Assembly: GCA_014799465.1 (NCBI GenBank)
Contig: JAAVHZ010000055.1
Location: 12,109-76,108, forward strand
DNA length: 64,000 nucleotides
Direction: 5' to 3'
From: Lachnospiraceae bacterium
GTDB lineage: Bacteria; Bacillota; Clostridia; Lachnospirales; Lachnospiraceae
Positions 46,332 through 56,715 of the stretch are shown here, in pieces. Both the position numbers and the translations under genes were made by a program. Numbering within the stretch: position 1 is the first letter of the stretch; every line of letters begins with the position of its first letter. The notes beneath the pieces are model-generated. The model ran no database searches, was not told the origin of the DNA, and worked only from the letters and a program-made list of their open reading frames with translations.

Positions 46332-46679
46332 GTGAATATAAAACGTGGAGATGTATATTATGCAGATTTAAGACCGGTAATCGGCTCGGAACAGGGAGGT
46401 ATCAGACCTGTACTGATTATCCAGAATGATACAGGTAATAAGCATAGTCCGACAATAATATGTGCGGCAATTACTTCTAAAATGAATAAGGCAAAGCTGC
46501 CGACACATGTGGAACTGGACAGCAGCAGATATGAGATGGTAAAAGACTCGGTGATACTGCTTGAACAGTTACGGACTATTGATAAAAGAAGATTGAAGGA
46601 TAAGGTATGTCATCTGGACAGCGAAATACTCACAAAGGTTGATAAAGCATTAAAGATAAGCCTTGAGTTAAATACATAA
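46332..46679 (+). CDS. mazF: MazF/EndoA-type endoribonuclease toxin
   Basis: [36 protein letters not shown]...KLPTHVELD...[16 protein letters not shown], near-collinear with B. subtilis EndoA (NdoA). GTG 46332 lies 10 nt after AGGTGGAG. The track start at 46263 adds 23 implausible residues. Confidence 0.88.
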   Translation: MNIKRGDVYYADLRPVIGSEQGGIRPVLIIQNDTGNKHSPTIICAAITSKMNKAKLPTHVELDSSRYEMVKDSVILLEQLRTIDKRRLKDKVCHLDSEILTKVDKALKISLELNT

Positions 46680-46778
46680 AATATTTGACTAATATATAAT
46701 AAAATGGTATATTTTTTGTAATACTGACAATTTTGTAATAATTACAAAAGAACAAAGAGGAAAAGGAGTTTTAGAAAT

Positions 46779-48161
46779 ATGGATGATGGGAGCAGCCCCT
46801 TATTTAGGCTGGGATTATTTTTAGTTTTCATTGTAATTAATGCTGTAGTATATGGATTCAGTGCTGCCGTTCAGAATATTAATCAGGTTAATATCCAGAA
46901 GCAGGCAAACGACGGTTCTAATATGTCAAAAAAGATAATAGCGGTAATTGATAATCCATATAAGTTCATTAATACCATTCAGGTCATTTCTACATTGATA
47001 GCAATGCTTGCAGGTATATTTGAATTAAATGTAGTTGTAAGGTTTTTGAGGAACTGCAGTAAAGGAATAGTGGGGAAGCTTGCAGACAGTATGGCTTTTG
47101 GTGCTGTAGTGTATTTTATTGGTGCATTATTTATAATATTTGTATTACTTTCGGCAGGAGTACTTGTTCCTAAGAAATTAGGTGCGAAAAAGCCTGAGAA
47201 GTGGGCATTTTCCCTTGTAAATATTGTATATGCATTTATGGTTATATTTACCCCGGTTACGTGTATGATATCATTTGTTACCAATATTATATTGCGAATA
47301 TTTGGTGTAGACCCATATGAAGAAGATGACAATGTTACTGAAGAAGATATAGTTTCTGTTGTAAATGAGGGACATGAGCAGGGGGTGCTGCTTGACAGTG
47401 AAGCGGCGATGATAAATAATATAGTTGAATTCGGCGACAAAGAGTCGAAGGATATAATGACACACAGAAAGAACCTTGTGGCAGTAGACGGCAACTGGAC
47501 ACTTAATCAGACAATACGATTTATTCTGAATGAGAACAAATCAAGATTTCCCGTATACATAGGTGATATTGATAATATCGTGGGTATACTGCATCTGAAA
47601 GATGTGGCAAAGTCGCATGAAAAGGCTTATCTGAAAAATAGAAAAATAAAGGATATTCATAATTTAATCAGAAAGACTTTATTTATTCCGGAGACAAGAA
47701 AGATTAATGTCCTTTTTAAAGATATGCAGTACGAAAAGATTCATATGGTGGTGGTTCTTGATGAGTATGGTCAGACATCGGGAATTGTGGCTATGGAAGA
47801 CATTTTGGAAGAGATAGTGGGAAATATTCTTGATGAATATGATGAAGACGAAAACAATATAGTAAAACAGAATGACAACAGTTATATAGTAAAGGGTATG
47901 ACACCTCTTGATGAACTGGAAAAAAGGTTTAATATAAAGTTTGATGAAGAGGAATATGATACACTTAACGGATTTTTAATTACAAAGCTTGACAGGATTC
48001 CGGCAGATGATGAAAGAACGGAAATAGTTACGGATAAGTGTATATATAAAATTCTTGGTGTAGAAAATAAGATGATTTCTCTTGTTCAGATAAGATTGAA
48101 AGAATCTGAACAGGGATTAAATAATGAGCAGTCTGATGACAGCGAAAAAAATGTAGATTAG
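46779..48161 (+). CDS. CNNM/hemolysin-family transporter (DUF21, CBS pair, CorC_HlyC)
   Basis: Four N-terminal TM helices, a CBS-pair region and the C-terminal transporter-associated domain; SD AAAAGGAG. Confidence 0.85.
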   Translation: MDDGSSPLFRLGLFLVFIVINAVVYGFSAAVQNINQVNIQKQANDGSNMSKKIIAVIDNPYKFINTIQVISTLIAMLAGIFELNVVVRFLRNCSKGIVGKLADSMAFGAVVYFIGALFIIFVLLSAGVLVPKKLGAKKPEKWAFSLVNIVYAFMVIFTPVTCMISFVTNIILRIFGVDPYEEDDNVTEEDIVSVVNEGHEQGVLLDSEAAMINNIVEFGDKESKDIMTHRKNLVAVDGNWTLNQTIRFILNENKSRFPVYIGDIDNIVGILHLKDVAKSHEKAYLKNRKIKDIHNLIRKTLFIPETRKINVLFKDMQYEKIHMVVVLDEYGQTSGIVAMEDILEEIVGNILDEYDEDENNIVKQNDNSYIVKGMTPLDELEKRFNIKFDEEEYDTLNGFLITKLDRIPADDERTEIVTDKCIYKILGVENKMISLVQIRLKESEQGLNNEQSDDSEKNVD

Positions 48162-48187
48162 AAAACAAACGGAAAAGGAGTAAAAAA

Positions 48188-48916
48188 ATGTCAGGACATT
48201 CAAAATTTGCGAACATAAAACATAAGAAAGAGAAAAATGATGCAGCAAAGGGAAAGATATTTACAATTATCGGTAGGGAAATTGCTGTTGCAGTTAAAGA
48301 AGGCGGTGCTGACCCGGATAATAACAGCAAGCTTCGTGATGTTATAGCAAAAGCCAAGGCAAACAATATGCCTAATGACACTATTGAAAGAGGAATAAAA
48401 AAGGCAGCGGGAGATGCTAACTCTGTAGATTATGTGTCTGTAACATATGAAGGATACGGACCTAACGGAAGTGCCATTATTGTAGATGCACTCACTGACA
48501 ATAAGAACAGGACTGCTGCAAATGTAAGAAATGCATTTACAAAAGGCGGCGGAAATGTTGGAGCACAGGGTTGTGTGTCTTTTATGTTCGACAAAAAGGG
48601 ACAGATTATAATTGATAAAGAAGATTATGACGGAGAAGCAGATGATTTAATGATGATGGCACTTGATGCCGGAGCAGATGATTTTGCCGAGGAAGAGGAA
48701 AGTTTTGAGATAACAACTTCACCTGAAGAATTCAGCAGTGTGAGAGAAACACTTGAAAAGGAAGGCATTAAAATGCTGTCTGCTGAGGTTACAATGATTC
48801 CGCAGAATTACGTAAGCCTTACAGATGAAGATGATATAAAGAAGATGAACAGGATACTTGATTTATTAGATGAAGATGATGATGTACAGGCTGTATATCA
48901 TAATTGGGATGAGTAG
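48188..48916 (+). CDS. YebC/PmpR-family transcriptional regulator
   Basis: [26 protein letters not shown]... characteristic N-terminus; 242 aa. Confidence 0.9.
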   Translation: MSGHSKFANIKHKKEKNDAAKGKIFTIIGREIAVAVKEGGADPDNNSKLRDVIAKAKANNMPNDTIERGIKKAAGDANSVDYVSVTYEGYGPNGSAIIVDALTDNKNRTAANVRNAFTKGGGNVGAQGCVSFMFDKKGQIIIDKEDYDGEADDLMMMALDAGADDFAEEEESFEITTSPEEFSSVRETLEKEGIKMLSAEVTMIPQNYVSLTDEDDIKKMNRILDLLDEDDDVQAVYHNWDE

Positions 48917-48920
48917 ATAT

Positions 48921-49757
48921 ATGAAGAAATATTCAAAATATATAATCGATACACATGTGCACGTTTCAAGAAATCCATATGCTCTGTTCAAAATGCCTGA
49001 GGAATGGGTTATCGGTGCCATGGACAAATATAATATAGATTTTTGCCTTGTAAGCAATGGTGACTGTGCGGAATGTGGACATGACAGGGTATTAAGGGAT
49101 AAGAAGAGTTTTGTCAGTCAGGAGGATGCACTTATTGCAGATATTGATTTTGCAAGAAGATATCCGGGTCGGATTGGATTGTGTGTATGGATAAGACCGC
49201 TTACTCAGGGATATTCTAAAGAATTAGAGGATATCATAAGAGAGAACAGGGATGTAGTATATGGTCTGAAAATACATCCTTATCATTCGGATACGGCACC
49301 TGATGATGCAAAGGTAAAACCTTATCTTGACATGGCATGTAAGCTGAAGCTTCCGGTTGTGTCGCATACAGCTGCTGATGATGTAGATTCTGTAGTACGT
49401 TTATATAATGCTGCAAAAGAATATCCTGATATTCCTTTTATTATGGCCCATATGGGGCTGGAGACCGATAATAAAGAGGCACTTAAATATCTGGGAATGC
49501 TTGATAATCTGTATGGTGATACCACATGGGTTCCGTTAAGTACTACGTTAGAGGCAGTAAAACTTTATGGCAGCAAAAAGATTCTGTTTGGCAGTGATTT
49601 GCCTATAGATGGGTTAGATACATATTGGTATAACAGGAAACATGAACCTTCAATGTACAGGGAATATTTTGATAATTTGTATGATATGATAGGCAGTGAG
49701 GCATTTAATGATATTATGTATAGGAATGCAAGTGAAATGTTTGGCATATCATTGTAA
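48921..49757 (+). CDS. Amidohydrolase-2 (TIM-barrel metal hydrolase) family protein
   Basis: IIDTHVHV metal motif, HTAADD, FGSDLP. ATG 48921 is preferred; the track start 48870 overlaps the yebC-like gene. Confidence 0.65.
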   Translation: MKKYSKYIIDTHVHVSRNPYALFKMPEEWVIGAMDKYNIDFCLVSNGDCAECGHDRVLRDKKSFVSQEDALIADIDFARRYPGRIGLCVWIRPLTQGYSKELEDIIRENRDVVYGLKIHPYHSDTAPDDAKVKPYLDMACKLKLPVVSHTAADDVDSVVRLYNAAKEYPDIPFIMAHMGLETDNKEALKYLGMLDNLYGDTTWVPLSTTLEAVKLYGSKKILFGSDLPIDGLDTYWYNRKHEPSMYREYFDNLYDMIGSEAFNDIMYRNASEMFGISL

Positions 49758-49822
49758 GAAATTTAATATTTGATATTTGGGCAGGACTGAATTAGCACTA
49801 TGACATGGAGATATTTTGTTAG

Positions 49823-49966
49823 ATAATTTGGTTCTGCTTTTTTCTAAAGTGTTTAGAAACATCAGATAAAATAATTGATATATTGGAAACAAAATCAGAC
49901 ATATCAGTAAATGAGATTGCTGAAATTTTGGAAATTTCAGTAGGAGGAGTGGGATATCATGTTTGA
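49823..49966 (+). pseudogene. Startless remnant of a winged-helix (HTH) domain gene
   Basis: The in-frame stretch ..KIIDILETKSDISVNEIAEILEISVGGVGYHV* has no ATG or GTG start and a stop at 49820-49822. It resembles the C-terminal HTH of larger regulator/ATPase proteins. Confidence 0.35.
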
Positions 49967-50065
49967 GTTAACTGTTCTGGTTTTGTGTTGTTACAGTTTG
50001 ATGAGATGAAAATATATACATTTGCAAGAAATATGGTTAAAGGTATAAAAGCGAGGTGAAATACA

Positions 50066-50428
50066 ATGTCTTATGCAGATAATGAAAAACGTAAATATCC
50101 TGTTGTAACATTATGTGGCAGCACAAAATTTAAGAATGAGTTTATTGAAGCACAGAAGAAGCTTACACTGGATGGATACATAGTTATTTCAGTTGGTCTG
50201 TTCGGTCATTCTGGTGATGAAGAAGTATGGGAAAACATGGATGAGGGCACACTGTCCAAAACCAAAGAAATGCTGGATGATATGCATAAAAGAAAAATAG
50301 ATATGGCAGATGAAATCTTTGTTATTAATGTTGGAGATTATATTGGAGATAGCACAAAGTCAGAGATTGCATATGCAAAAGCTCATGGAATGCCGGTGCA
50401 TTATCTTGAGCCACACAATGAAGAATAG
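50066..50428 (+). CDS. Small Rossmann-like protein, nucleoside 2-deoxyribosyltransferase-like (tentative)
   Basis: VVTLCGSTKFKNEF..LTLDGYIVISVGLFGHSGD..KIDMADEIFVINVGDYIGDSTKSEIAYAKAHGMPVHYLE, a pattern I associate with phage-borne and bacterial NDT-like small proteins; SD GCGAGGTG. Confidence 0.35.
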   Translation: MSYADNEKRKYPVVTLCGSTKFKNEFIEAQKKLTLDGYIVISVGLFGHSGDEEVWENMDEGTLSKTKEMLDDMHKRKIDMADEIFVINVGDYIGDSTKSEIAYAKAHGMPVHYLEPHNEE

Positions 50429-50685
50429 GAAGTCAAAAGTAAAACTGAGATTCTTTTGCTGTATACCAAGTATATGTTTCCTGATTTTGAGTAAAAAAAG
50501 GGACATTGTTTGATAACTAGATTTAGTTATTGAGCAATGTCCCTTGACTGCTTTTTCTTACTATGAAAATAAAGCTGTCAATAATTAAAAAGTATTAAAA
50601 AAGTGTGAAGTCTATTGCAAATGTTGCAGAATAATGTTATATTGGTTTAAAATTAAACAATACAATAGGAGTGTGGTGATAATTT

Positions 50686-51384
50686 ATGACATTTGCAAGA
50701 GTAAATGAACGGGTTATTCGTTGCACGATTCCTATAAGCGAAGTTGAGCAGATGGGATATAATGTACAGGAAATATTTGATGATAAGGAAAGGGCAACGA
50801 GTTTTGTTAAAAAAGTGGTAGCTAAAGCAGGTGAAGAAGGGATACTTGCTAAGAATGGTTATCAGGTAGTTAATCAAATTGGATATGACAATAATCAGCT
50901 TATAATGAATATTGTGGATATGAATACAGAACAGCAGATTAATTATGGTATTGCCAGATTACTTAGTGCATATGATATTGTTCAGTACCTTGGAAGAGAC
51001 AGAGTGGAAAATATTTTATATATGTCTAATCCTGAGAAAGAAGAAGAATTTAATAATTGTATTCGGGAGATAAACAGGGCTTTGAAAGGAGGACAAAAGA
51101 AGTCCGCCAAGTATATCCTTATTTTTTCCACGCTTAATCAGGCAGAGGGGTTTTGCATGAATGTAGATGCTAAGGGAACAGGACGTTTATACAAGGACAA
51201 TGATAAGTTTTATTTATATGCGGATTTAACTAATGCAGATGAGAAGTGGATTAACAGCTTTTTATTGATAGCAGAAGAATATTGCGATGAAATCACAGTG
51301 GCTGATATGTATGAGGCATATCTTGAAGAACATGCTCAGGTGATTATAAAGGAAAATCCGATAGCTGTATTGAAGAATTTGTAA
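50686..51384 (+). CDS. mecA: Adaptor protein MecA
   Basis: N-terminal MTFARVNERVIRCTIPISEVEQMGY and C-terminal LYKDNDKFYLYADL...LLIAEEYCDE...LEEHAQVIIKENPIAVLK, collinear with B. subtilis MecA. Confidence 0.7.
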   Translation: MTFARVNERVIRCTIPISEVEQMGYNVQEIFDDKERATSFVKKVVAKAGEEGILAKNGYQVVNQIGYDNNQLIMNIVDMNTEQQINYGIARLLSAYDIVQYLGRDRVENILYMSNPEKEEEFNNCIREINRALKGGQKKSAKYILIFSTLNQAEGFCMNVDAKGTGRLYKDNDKFYLYADLTNADEKWINSFLLIAEEYCDEITVADMYEAYLEEHAQVIIKENPIAVLKNL

Positions 51385-51400
51385 TGCAGAGAGGTATATT

Positions 51401-51850
51401 GTGGAACAGTCAGTTGAAGTATTATTGTATGGCAGTAAATTTAGAAAATTATATGAAAAACAGATTTTAGACATGTTTGGAGACTATCATTTGAAGAAAA
51501 TAGATGTGGAGATACTGTATTTTCTTCATTGTTCCGGTAATAACAATACGTCTAAGGATATAGTACATCTTAATATGTTTACAAAGGGACATATTTCACA
51601 GTCGGTAGACAGAATGGAGAAACAAAACCTTATAAGTCTTGTTCAAGACGGCAATGACAGAAGATGTACACATCTTGTTCTCACAAAAGAGGCAGATGAT
51701 ATAATCCGGAGAATAGTGTTATTAAGGGAAAGATTGAGAAAAGTTATATTTAATGGATTGACGGAACAGGAGATAGAAGAACTTGCTTCTGTCTCAAAGA
51801 AGATAGAGAAGAATATTAATGATGCATTGTGGACAGCAGAATATGAATAG
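51401..51850 (+). CDS. MarR-family transcriptional regulator
   Basis: 149-aa winged-helix pattern (ISQSVDRMEKQNLISLVQDGNDRRCTHLVLT). GTG start 7 nt after AGAGAGG. Confidence 0.7.
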   Translation: MEQSVEVLLYGSKFRKLYEKQILDMFGDYHLKKIDVEILYFLHCSGNNNTSKDIVHLNMFTKGHISQSVDRMEKQNLISLVQDGNDRRCTHLVLTKEADDIIRRIVLLRERLRKVIFNGLTEQEIEELASVSKKIEKNINDALWTAEYE

Positions 51851-51864
51851 AAGGAGGCAGAATA

Positions 51865-53199
51865 GTGGGATTTGAACAGGAATTAAAAGTATATGCACAG
51901 GAAAAAAAGGATATATGTATATCTAATGATACAATATCTGATGAATTATTTAAAGAATATGGTGTAAACCGCGGCTTAAGAGATCTTAATGGAAAAGGTG
52001 TCCTTACAGGTCTTACAAATATTTCTAAGATAGTTTCTTTTAAGAATGTTGATGGTGAAAGGGTACCTTGTGACGGAGAATTATGGTATCGCGGATATAA
52101 TATAAAAACACTGGTAAAAGGGATAAAAGACAAAGGATTCGGATTTGAGAGCACAGCATATCTGTTATTGTTTGGAGAACTTCCTAATGACGAAGAATTA
52201 AAAGAATTTTCATCAATTATCGGCAGATGCAGAAATCTTCCAACCAATTTTACAAGAGATGTTATAATGAAAGCACCAAGTAAAGATATAATGAATTCCA
52301 TGACACGGAGTATACTTACGCTTGCATCTTATGATGACTATACAAACCTTAATGATATAGATAATTGTATAAAACAGTGTATTCAGCTTATAAGTACATT
52401 TCCTATGCTTGCCGTATATGGATATCATGCATATAACCATTATGAAAATGATGACAGTATGTACATACACAGACCGGTTCCTAGCCTTTCAACAGCGGAA
52501 AATCTTCTTCTTATGTTAAGACCGGATCGCAAATACACACAGACAGAAGCAAAGGTGCTGGATGTGGCACTTATGCTTCATATGGAGCATGGAGGCGGAA
52601 ACAACTCTACATTTACAACAAGGGTAGTAACATCATCAGGGTCAGATACATATTCATCAATAGCAGCAGCTATGTCATCTTTAAAAGGACCTAAGCATGG
52701 TGGAGCTAATATTAAAGTTGTTGAAATGATAAGAGATATAAAAGAGCATGTATCTGACTGGGAAGATAAAGATGAGCTTAAAAGTTATCTGGCAAAGATT
52801 CTTTCAGGTCAGGCATTTGACAAAAAAGGACTTATATATGGAATGGGTCACGCAGTTTATTCGCTTTCAGACCCGAGAGAACAGATATTTAAAGGATATG
52901 TGGAGAGGCTTTCGGCAGAAAAGAACAGGGAGAAAGACATGATTCTTTATAAGAATATAGAACAGCTTGCTCCGGAACTGATAGCACAGAAACGTCATAT
53001 ATTCAAAGGTGTAAGCCCGAATGTGGATTTTTACAGTGGGTTTGTGTATGATATGCTGGACATACCGACTGAATTGTATACTCCGATTTTTGCAATCGCA
53101 AGAATAGTTGGATGGAGTGCACATCGTATAGAAGAACTGGTAGGTATGAATAAGATTATAAGACCTGCTTATATGAGTGTGATGGAAGAAAGAGAATAA
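51865..53199 (+). CDS. Citrate synthase
   Basis: HGGAN, GMGHAVY and NVDFYSG active-site blocks; 444 aa. GTG start 7 nt after AAGGAGG. Confidence 0.85.
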   Translation: MGFEQELKVYAQEKKDICISNDTISDELFKEYGVNRGLRDLNGKGVLTGLTNISKIVSFKNVDGERVPCDGELWYRGYNIKTLVKGIKDKGFGFESTAYLLLFGELPNDEELKEFSSIIGRCRNLPTNFTRDVIMKAPSKDIMNSMTRSILTLASYDDYTNLNDIDNCIKQCIQLISTFPMLAVYGYHAYNHYENDDSMYIHRPVPSLSTAENLLLMLRPDRKYTQTEAKVLDVALMLHMEHGGGNNSTFTTRVVTSSGSDTYSSIAAAMSSLKGPKHGGANIKVVEMIRDIKEHVSDWEDKDELKSYLAKILSGQAFDKKGLIYGMGHAVYSLSDPREQIFKGYVERLSAEKNREKDMILYKNIEQLAPELIAQKRHIFKGVSPNVDFYSGFVYDMLDIPTELYTPIFAIARIVGWSAHRIEELVGMNKIIRPAYMSVMEERE

Positions 53200-53213
53200 T
53201 AGAGTGAATTTTT

Positions 53214-53246
53214 AACAGGCGGTCATAAAACCCGCCTGTTGTTTTT
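53214..53246. terminator. Terminator between convergent genes
   Basis: AACAGGCGG / CCGCCTGTT stem followed by GTTTTT. Confidence 0.7.
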
Positions 53247-53280
53247 GCGTTAGTAACAAATTTGTATGATTATCAGGGAA

Positions 53281-54159
53281 TCATTCAGGCAGATTCTCAA
53301 GTATATATCTATATACTAATTCTTTCCTTTTTTCATTAAGTATCTCATGACGCATTTCAGGGAAAAGACGTGCATGTACATTTTTATATCCGACTTTTTT
53401 CATTACATTTACGGCATTCTTAAAGTGTTTTTTATCTACCATACATGGATCATCTTCTCCCGATATAAAGTATATAGGAAGGTAAGGGTCAGATACTTTC
53501 CATCCATTATTTGAATAGACTGTAAACAGAAGCTTTACAAGAGTAGAATAACCGTTTAATGTAAAAGTAAATCCACAGAGTTCATCATTATTATATTTTT
53601 TTACAATATTCATATCTGAGCAAATCCATGAATTTGGAACACCTTCAGATTTGAAAGGTTTTTCAAATGCTCCTGTACACAGGTTTTTGGCAATATTACT
53701 CTTTTTATGTTCACCCCAAATGGCAGTCAGTGCATTAAGAACAGGTATGGCTGCAGCTTTCATGCCGTTGTCTGAAGGACTCCCGCATATAAATGCCGTA
53801 TCCACAAAATTGTCATATCTTTTAAGATAGGCACGGCAGACTAATGACCCCATACTATGTCCAAAAAGAATGTATGGGATATCAGGAAAATGTTCTTTTA
53901 TAAAAAGAGTGTTATCATGAACACATTTTAAAAGATTATTTAATCCATCATTTCCAAAATAACCATAATCCCGGGAAGATGCGACATTTTCACCATGGCC
54001 CGGAAGGTCGCTTATAATACATACGCAGCCATTATGGCTTAAGTATTTCATTGTTTCATCATAACGTTCTTTATGTTCACACATTCCATGAACAAATTGG
54101 ATAACTCCACGGACAGGTATACCGTCAGGAGGAGTGGTCATTAATCGGTTTTGTTTCAT
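53281..54159 (-). CDS. Alpha/beta hydrolase (lysophospholipase / monoacylglycerol-lipase-like)
   Basis: Nucleophile elbow GHSMGS, FVHGMCEH oxyanion region; 292 aa. Confidence 0.75.
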   Translation of the reverse strand: MKQNRLMTTPPDGIPVRGVIQFVHGMCEHKERYDETMKYLSHNGCVCIISDLPGHGENVASSRDYGYFGNDGLNNLLKCVHDNTLFIKEHFPDIPYILFGHSMGSLVCRAYLKRYDNFVDTAFICGSPSDNGMKAAAIPVLNALTAIWGEHKKSNIAKNLCTGAFEKPFKSEGVPNSWICSDMNIVKKYNNDELCGFTFTLNGYSTLVKLLFTVYSNNGWKVSDPYLPIYFISGEDDPCMVDKKHFKNAVNVMKKVGYKNVHARLFPEMRHEILNEKRKELVYRYILENLPE

Positions 54160-55008
54160 TTAATCAACCCTTTCCATAATGTTTTCAAGTATTTTGGCAG
54201 GAACGTACAGACTGCCATATCCGGTGCCGAGTTCAAGTCCCGGCTTTGCCGTACCATGGAAATCTGAGCCGCCGGTTACATATAGATTATGTCTTGCTGC
54301 AAGTTCAAAGTACTCTTTATCGTCTTTAGGTGTGTTTAGCGGATAAATAGCCTCTATACCTTCCAGACCTTTTTCTGATAAATCTTCTACAAGGTGCTCT
54401 AATGTATCTTCACTAAAATCATATAGTACAGGGTGTGCCATTACGGGATGACCTTTAGCACTTTTAATTAGTTCAACAGCGTTTGCAGGAGTAACTTTGT
54501 GGCGGGGGATATAGCAGGGGCATCCTTTGTTAAGATATTTTGAAAATGCTTCCTCTTTATCTGATACATAGCCAAGTTCAATCATTAAGATGGCATAATG
54601 TGCCCTTGTAATTATACTGTTGCCAAAACGTTTATCAACCATATCCTGTGTTATGGCAAAACCATTATCATTTAATACTTTAATCATTTTACTGTTTCGG
54701 TTGTTCCTTGAATCCTGAAATGTTTTGAGTTCAGTTAAAAAGGTGGGATTTTTATAGTCAATGTTTAGTCCAAGTATATGAACATCTTCACCAAGATATT
54801 CAGCAGACAGTTCAATCCCGGGAATAACAGTGACAGGGTTATTCAGAGAAGCAGCATAGGTTATGGCTTCATCTATTCCGTCACATGTGTCATGATCTGT
54901 AAGTGCAAATGCTTTTAAATGTTTTTTAACTGCATAATCCACAAGCTCCGATGGCGTATATGAGCCATCAGAAGCAGTAGAGTGTACATGTAAATCTATA
55001 TATTCCAT
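54160..55008 (-). CDS. PHP-domain phosphoesterase
   Basis: DLHVHSTASDG, ALTDHD, GGSDFHG motifs; 282 aa. Confidence 0.8.
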   Translation of the reverse strand: MEYIDLHVHSTASDGSYTPSELVDYAVKKHLKAFALTDHDTCDGIDEAITYAASLNNPVTVIPGIELSAEYLGEDVHILGLNIDYKNPTFLTELKTFQDSRNNRNSKMIKVLNDNGFAITQDMVDKRFGNSIITRAHYAILMIELGYVSDKEEAFSKYLNKGCPCYIPRHKVTPANAVELIKSAKGHPVMAHPVLYDFSEDTLEHLVEDLSEKGLEGIEAIYPLNTPKDDKEYFELAARHNLYVTGGSDFHGTAKPGLELGTGYGSLYVPAKILENIMERVD

Positions 55009-56642
55009 TAATTATCCTCATCCTGTTCATCCATAGAATATACCTGACGTTTTCTTGCCATTTCGTCACTGGCAAGATATTCATCATATGTGGTGATTTT
55101 GTCTACAAGTGAACCATTTATTATCTCCATAATGCGGTTTGCAGTGGTCTGGACAAACTGATGGTCATGCGATGCAAACAGAATGGCTCCCGGGAATTTA
55201 ATCAGACCGTTATTTAATGCGGTAATTGATTCCATATCAAGATGGTTTGTAGGTTCATCAAGTAGAAGTACATTTGCACCTGATATCATCATTTTTGAAA
55301 GAAGACATCTTACCTTTTCACCACCGGATAAAACCTTGACCTTTTTAATGCCGTCATCACCTGCAAACAGCATTCTTCCTAAGAACCCTCTTACATATGT
55401 GGCGTCTTTTTCTTCTGAATAACGGGTGAGCCAGTCCACAATAGTATCGTCACAGTCAAATTCTTTGGTGTTATCCTTTGGAAAATAACTTTGTGTTGTG
55501 GTGATACCCCATTTATAAGTACCTTCGTCAGGCTCAAGTTCTCCCACAAGTATTTTAAAAAGAGTAGTCTTTGCTATTTCATTTGAACCTACGAATGCAA
55601 TCTTATCTTCACGTCCCACTATAAATGAAATATCATCCAAAACCTTTACTCCGTCAACAGTCTTGGAAATATGTTCTACAGTAAGAACTTCATTACCAAT
55701 CTCACGGTTAGGACGAAAATCTATATAAGGATATTTTCTGCTTGAAGGTTTAATATCATCAAGTTCGATTTTTTCAAGAGCACGTTTTCTTGAAGTTGCC
55801 TGTTTGGATTTTGAAGCATTGGCACTGAAACGCTGTATAAAGTCCTGAAGTTCTTTTATCTTTTCTTCTTTCTTTTTATTGGCTTCCTTCATCTGTTTAA
55901 CAAGAAGCTGGCTGGACTCATACCAGAAGTCATAGTTTCCGGCATATAACTGAATCTTGCCATAATCAATGTCAGCAATCTGTGTACAGACCTTATTAAG
56001 GAAATAACGGTCATGTGATACAACAATTACAGTATTGTCAAAATTGATAAGAAATTCTTCAAGCCATGCGATTGCATCCAAATCAAGGTGGTTTGTAGGC
56101 TCATCCAGAAGGAGTATGTCAGGATTGCCGAATAATGCCTGTGCCAGAAGAACCTTTACCTTTTCACTTCCTGTAAGTTCTTTAAGATACTTAGAATGAA
56201 GTTCTGTATCTATGCCAAGACCATTAAGAAGTGTAGCTGCATCGGATTCAGCTTCCCAACCGTTTAGAGTTGCAAATTCTTCTTCAAGTTTACCGGCTTT
56301 TATACCATCTTCTTCGGTAAAGTCCTCTTTTGCATAAATAGCATCTTTTTCCTTCATTATATCATAAAGGCGGGCATTGCCCATAATTACTGTATCAAGT
56401 ACAGGAAATTCATCATATTTAAAATGATCCTGCTGAAGAAATGAGAGACGTTGTCCGGGTGTAATTACAACTTCACCATTGGTGGAATCTATCTGTCCCG
56501 AAAGAATTTTTAAAAATGTTGATTTACCTGCACCGTTGGCACCAATAAGACCATAGCAGTTTCCTTCGGTAAATTTGATATTAACATCCTCAAAAAGAGC
56601 TTTTTTACCTAATCTGAGAGTTATATTATTTGCACTAATCAT
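55008..56642 (-). CDS. ABC-F family ATPase (YbiT-like size class)
   Basis: Walker A1 GANGAGKST and signature 2 LSGGEKVR are canonical. Signature 1 reads LTGSEKVK and Walker A2 reads GSNEIAKT. Both Walker B are LLLDEPTNHLD. Confidence 0.88.
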   Translation of the reverse strand: MISANNITLRLGKKALFEDVNIKFTEGNCYGLIGANGAGKSTFLKILSGQIDSTNGEVVITPGQRLSFLQQDHFKYDEFPVLDTVIMGNARLYDIMKEKDAIYAKEDFTEEDGIKAGKLEEEFATLNGWEAESDAATLLNGLGIDTELHSKYLKELTGSEKVKVLLAQALFGNPDILLLDEPTNHLDLDAIAWLEEFLINFDNTVIVVSHDRYFLNKVCTQIADIDYGKIQLYAGNYDFWYESSQLLVKQMKEANKKKEEKIKELQDFIQRFSANASKSKQATSRKRALEKIELDDIKPSSRKYPYIDFRPNREIGNEVLTVEHISKTVDGVKVLDDISFIVGREDKIAFVGSNEIAKTTLFKILVGELEPDEGTYKWGITTTQSYFPKDNTKEFDCDDTIVDWLTRYSEEKDATYVRGFLGRMLFAGDDGIKKVKVLSGGEKVRCLLSKMMISGANVLLLDEPTNHLDMESITALNNGLIKFPGAILFASHDHQFVQTTANRIMEIINGSLVDKITTYDEYLASDEMARKRQVYSMDEQDEDN

Positions 56643-56715
56643 TTAAAGTTCATTCCTTTCTTTGTTTCTTAGTTTATTTTACATTAAATTCAGTAATTTG
56701 CAAGTATATTTACAC

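Noticed and set aside
46979-47494. Long antisense ORFs nested inside real genes. Examples are 46979-47494, 51816-52301, 60934-61386, 26511-26933, 15599-16015, 8361-8726 and 34089-34478.
   Set aside because: They lie opposite well-supported genes, their products are Ser/Phe/Ile-rich with low complexity, and they have no SD. This is the typical mirror-frame artefact of GAA/AAA-rich coding strands in AT-rich genomes.
48870-48920. An N-terminal extension of the amidohydrolase ORF that overlaps the yebC-like gene.
   Set aside because: The extension ([17 protein letters not shown]) is an out-of-frame reading of the yebC-like 3' end. ATG 48921 gives the canonical MKK...IDTHVH start.
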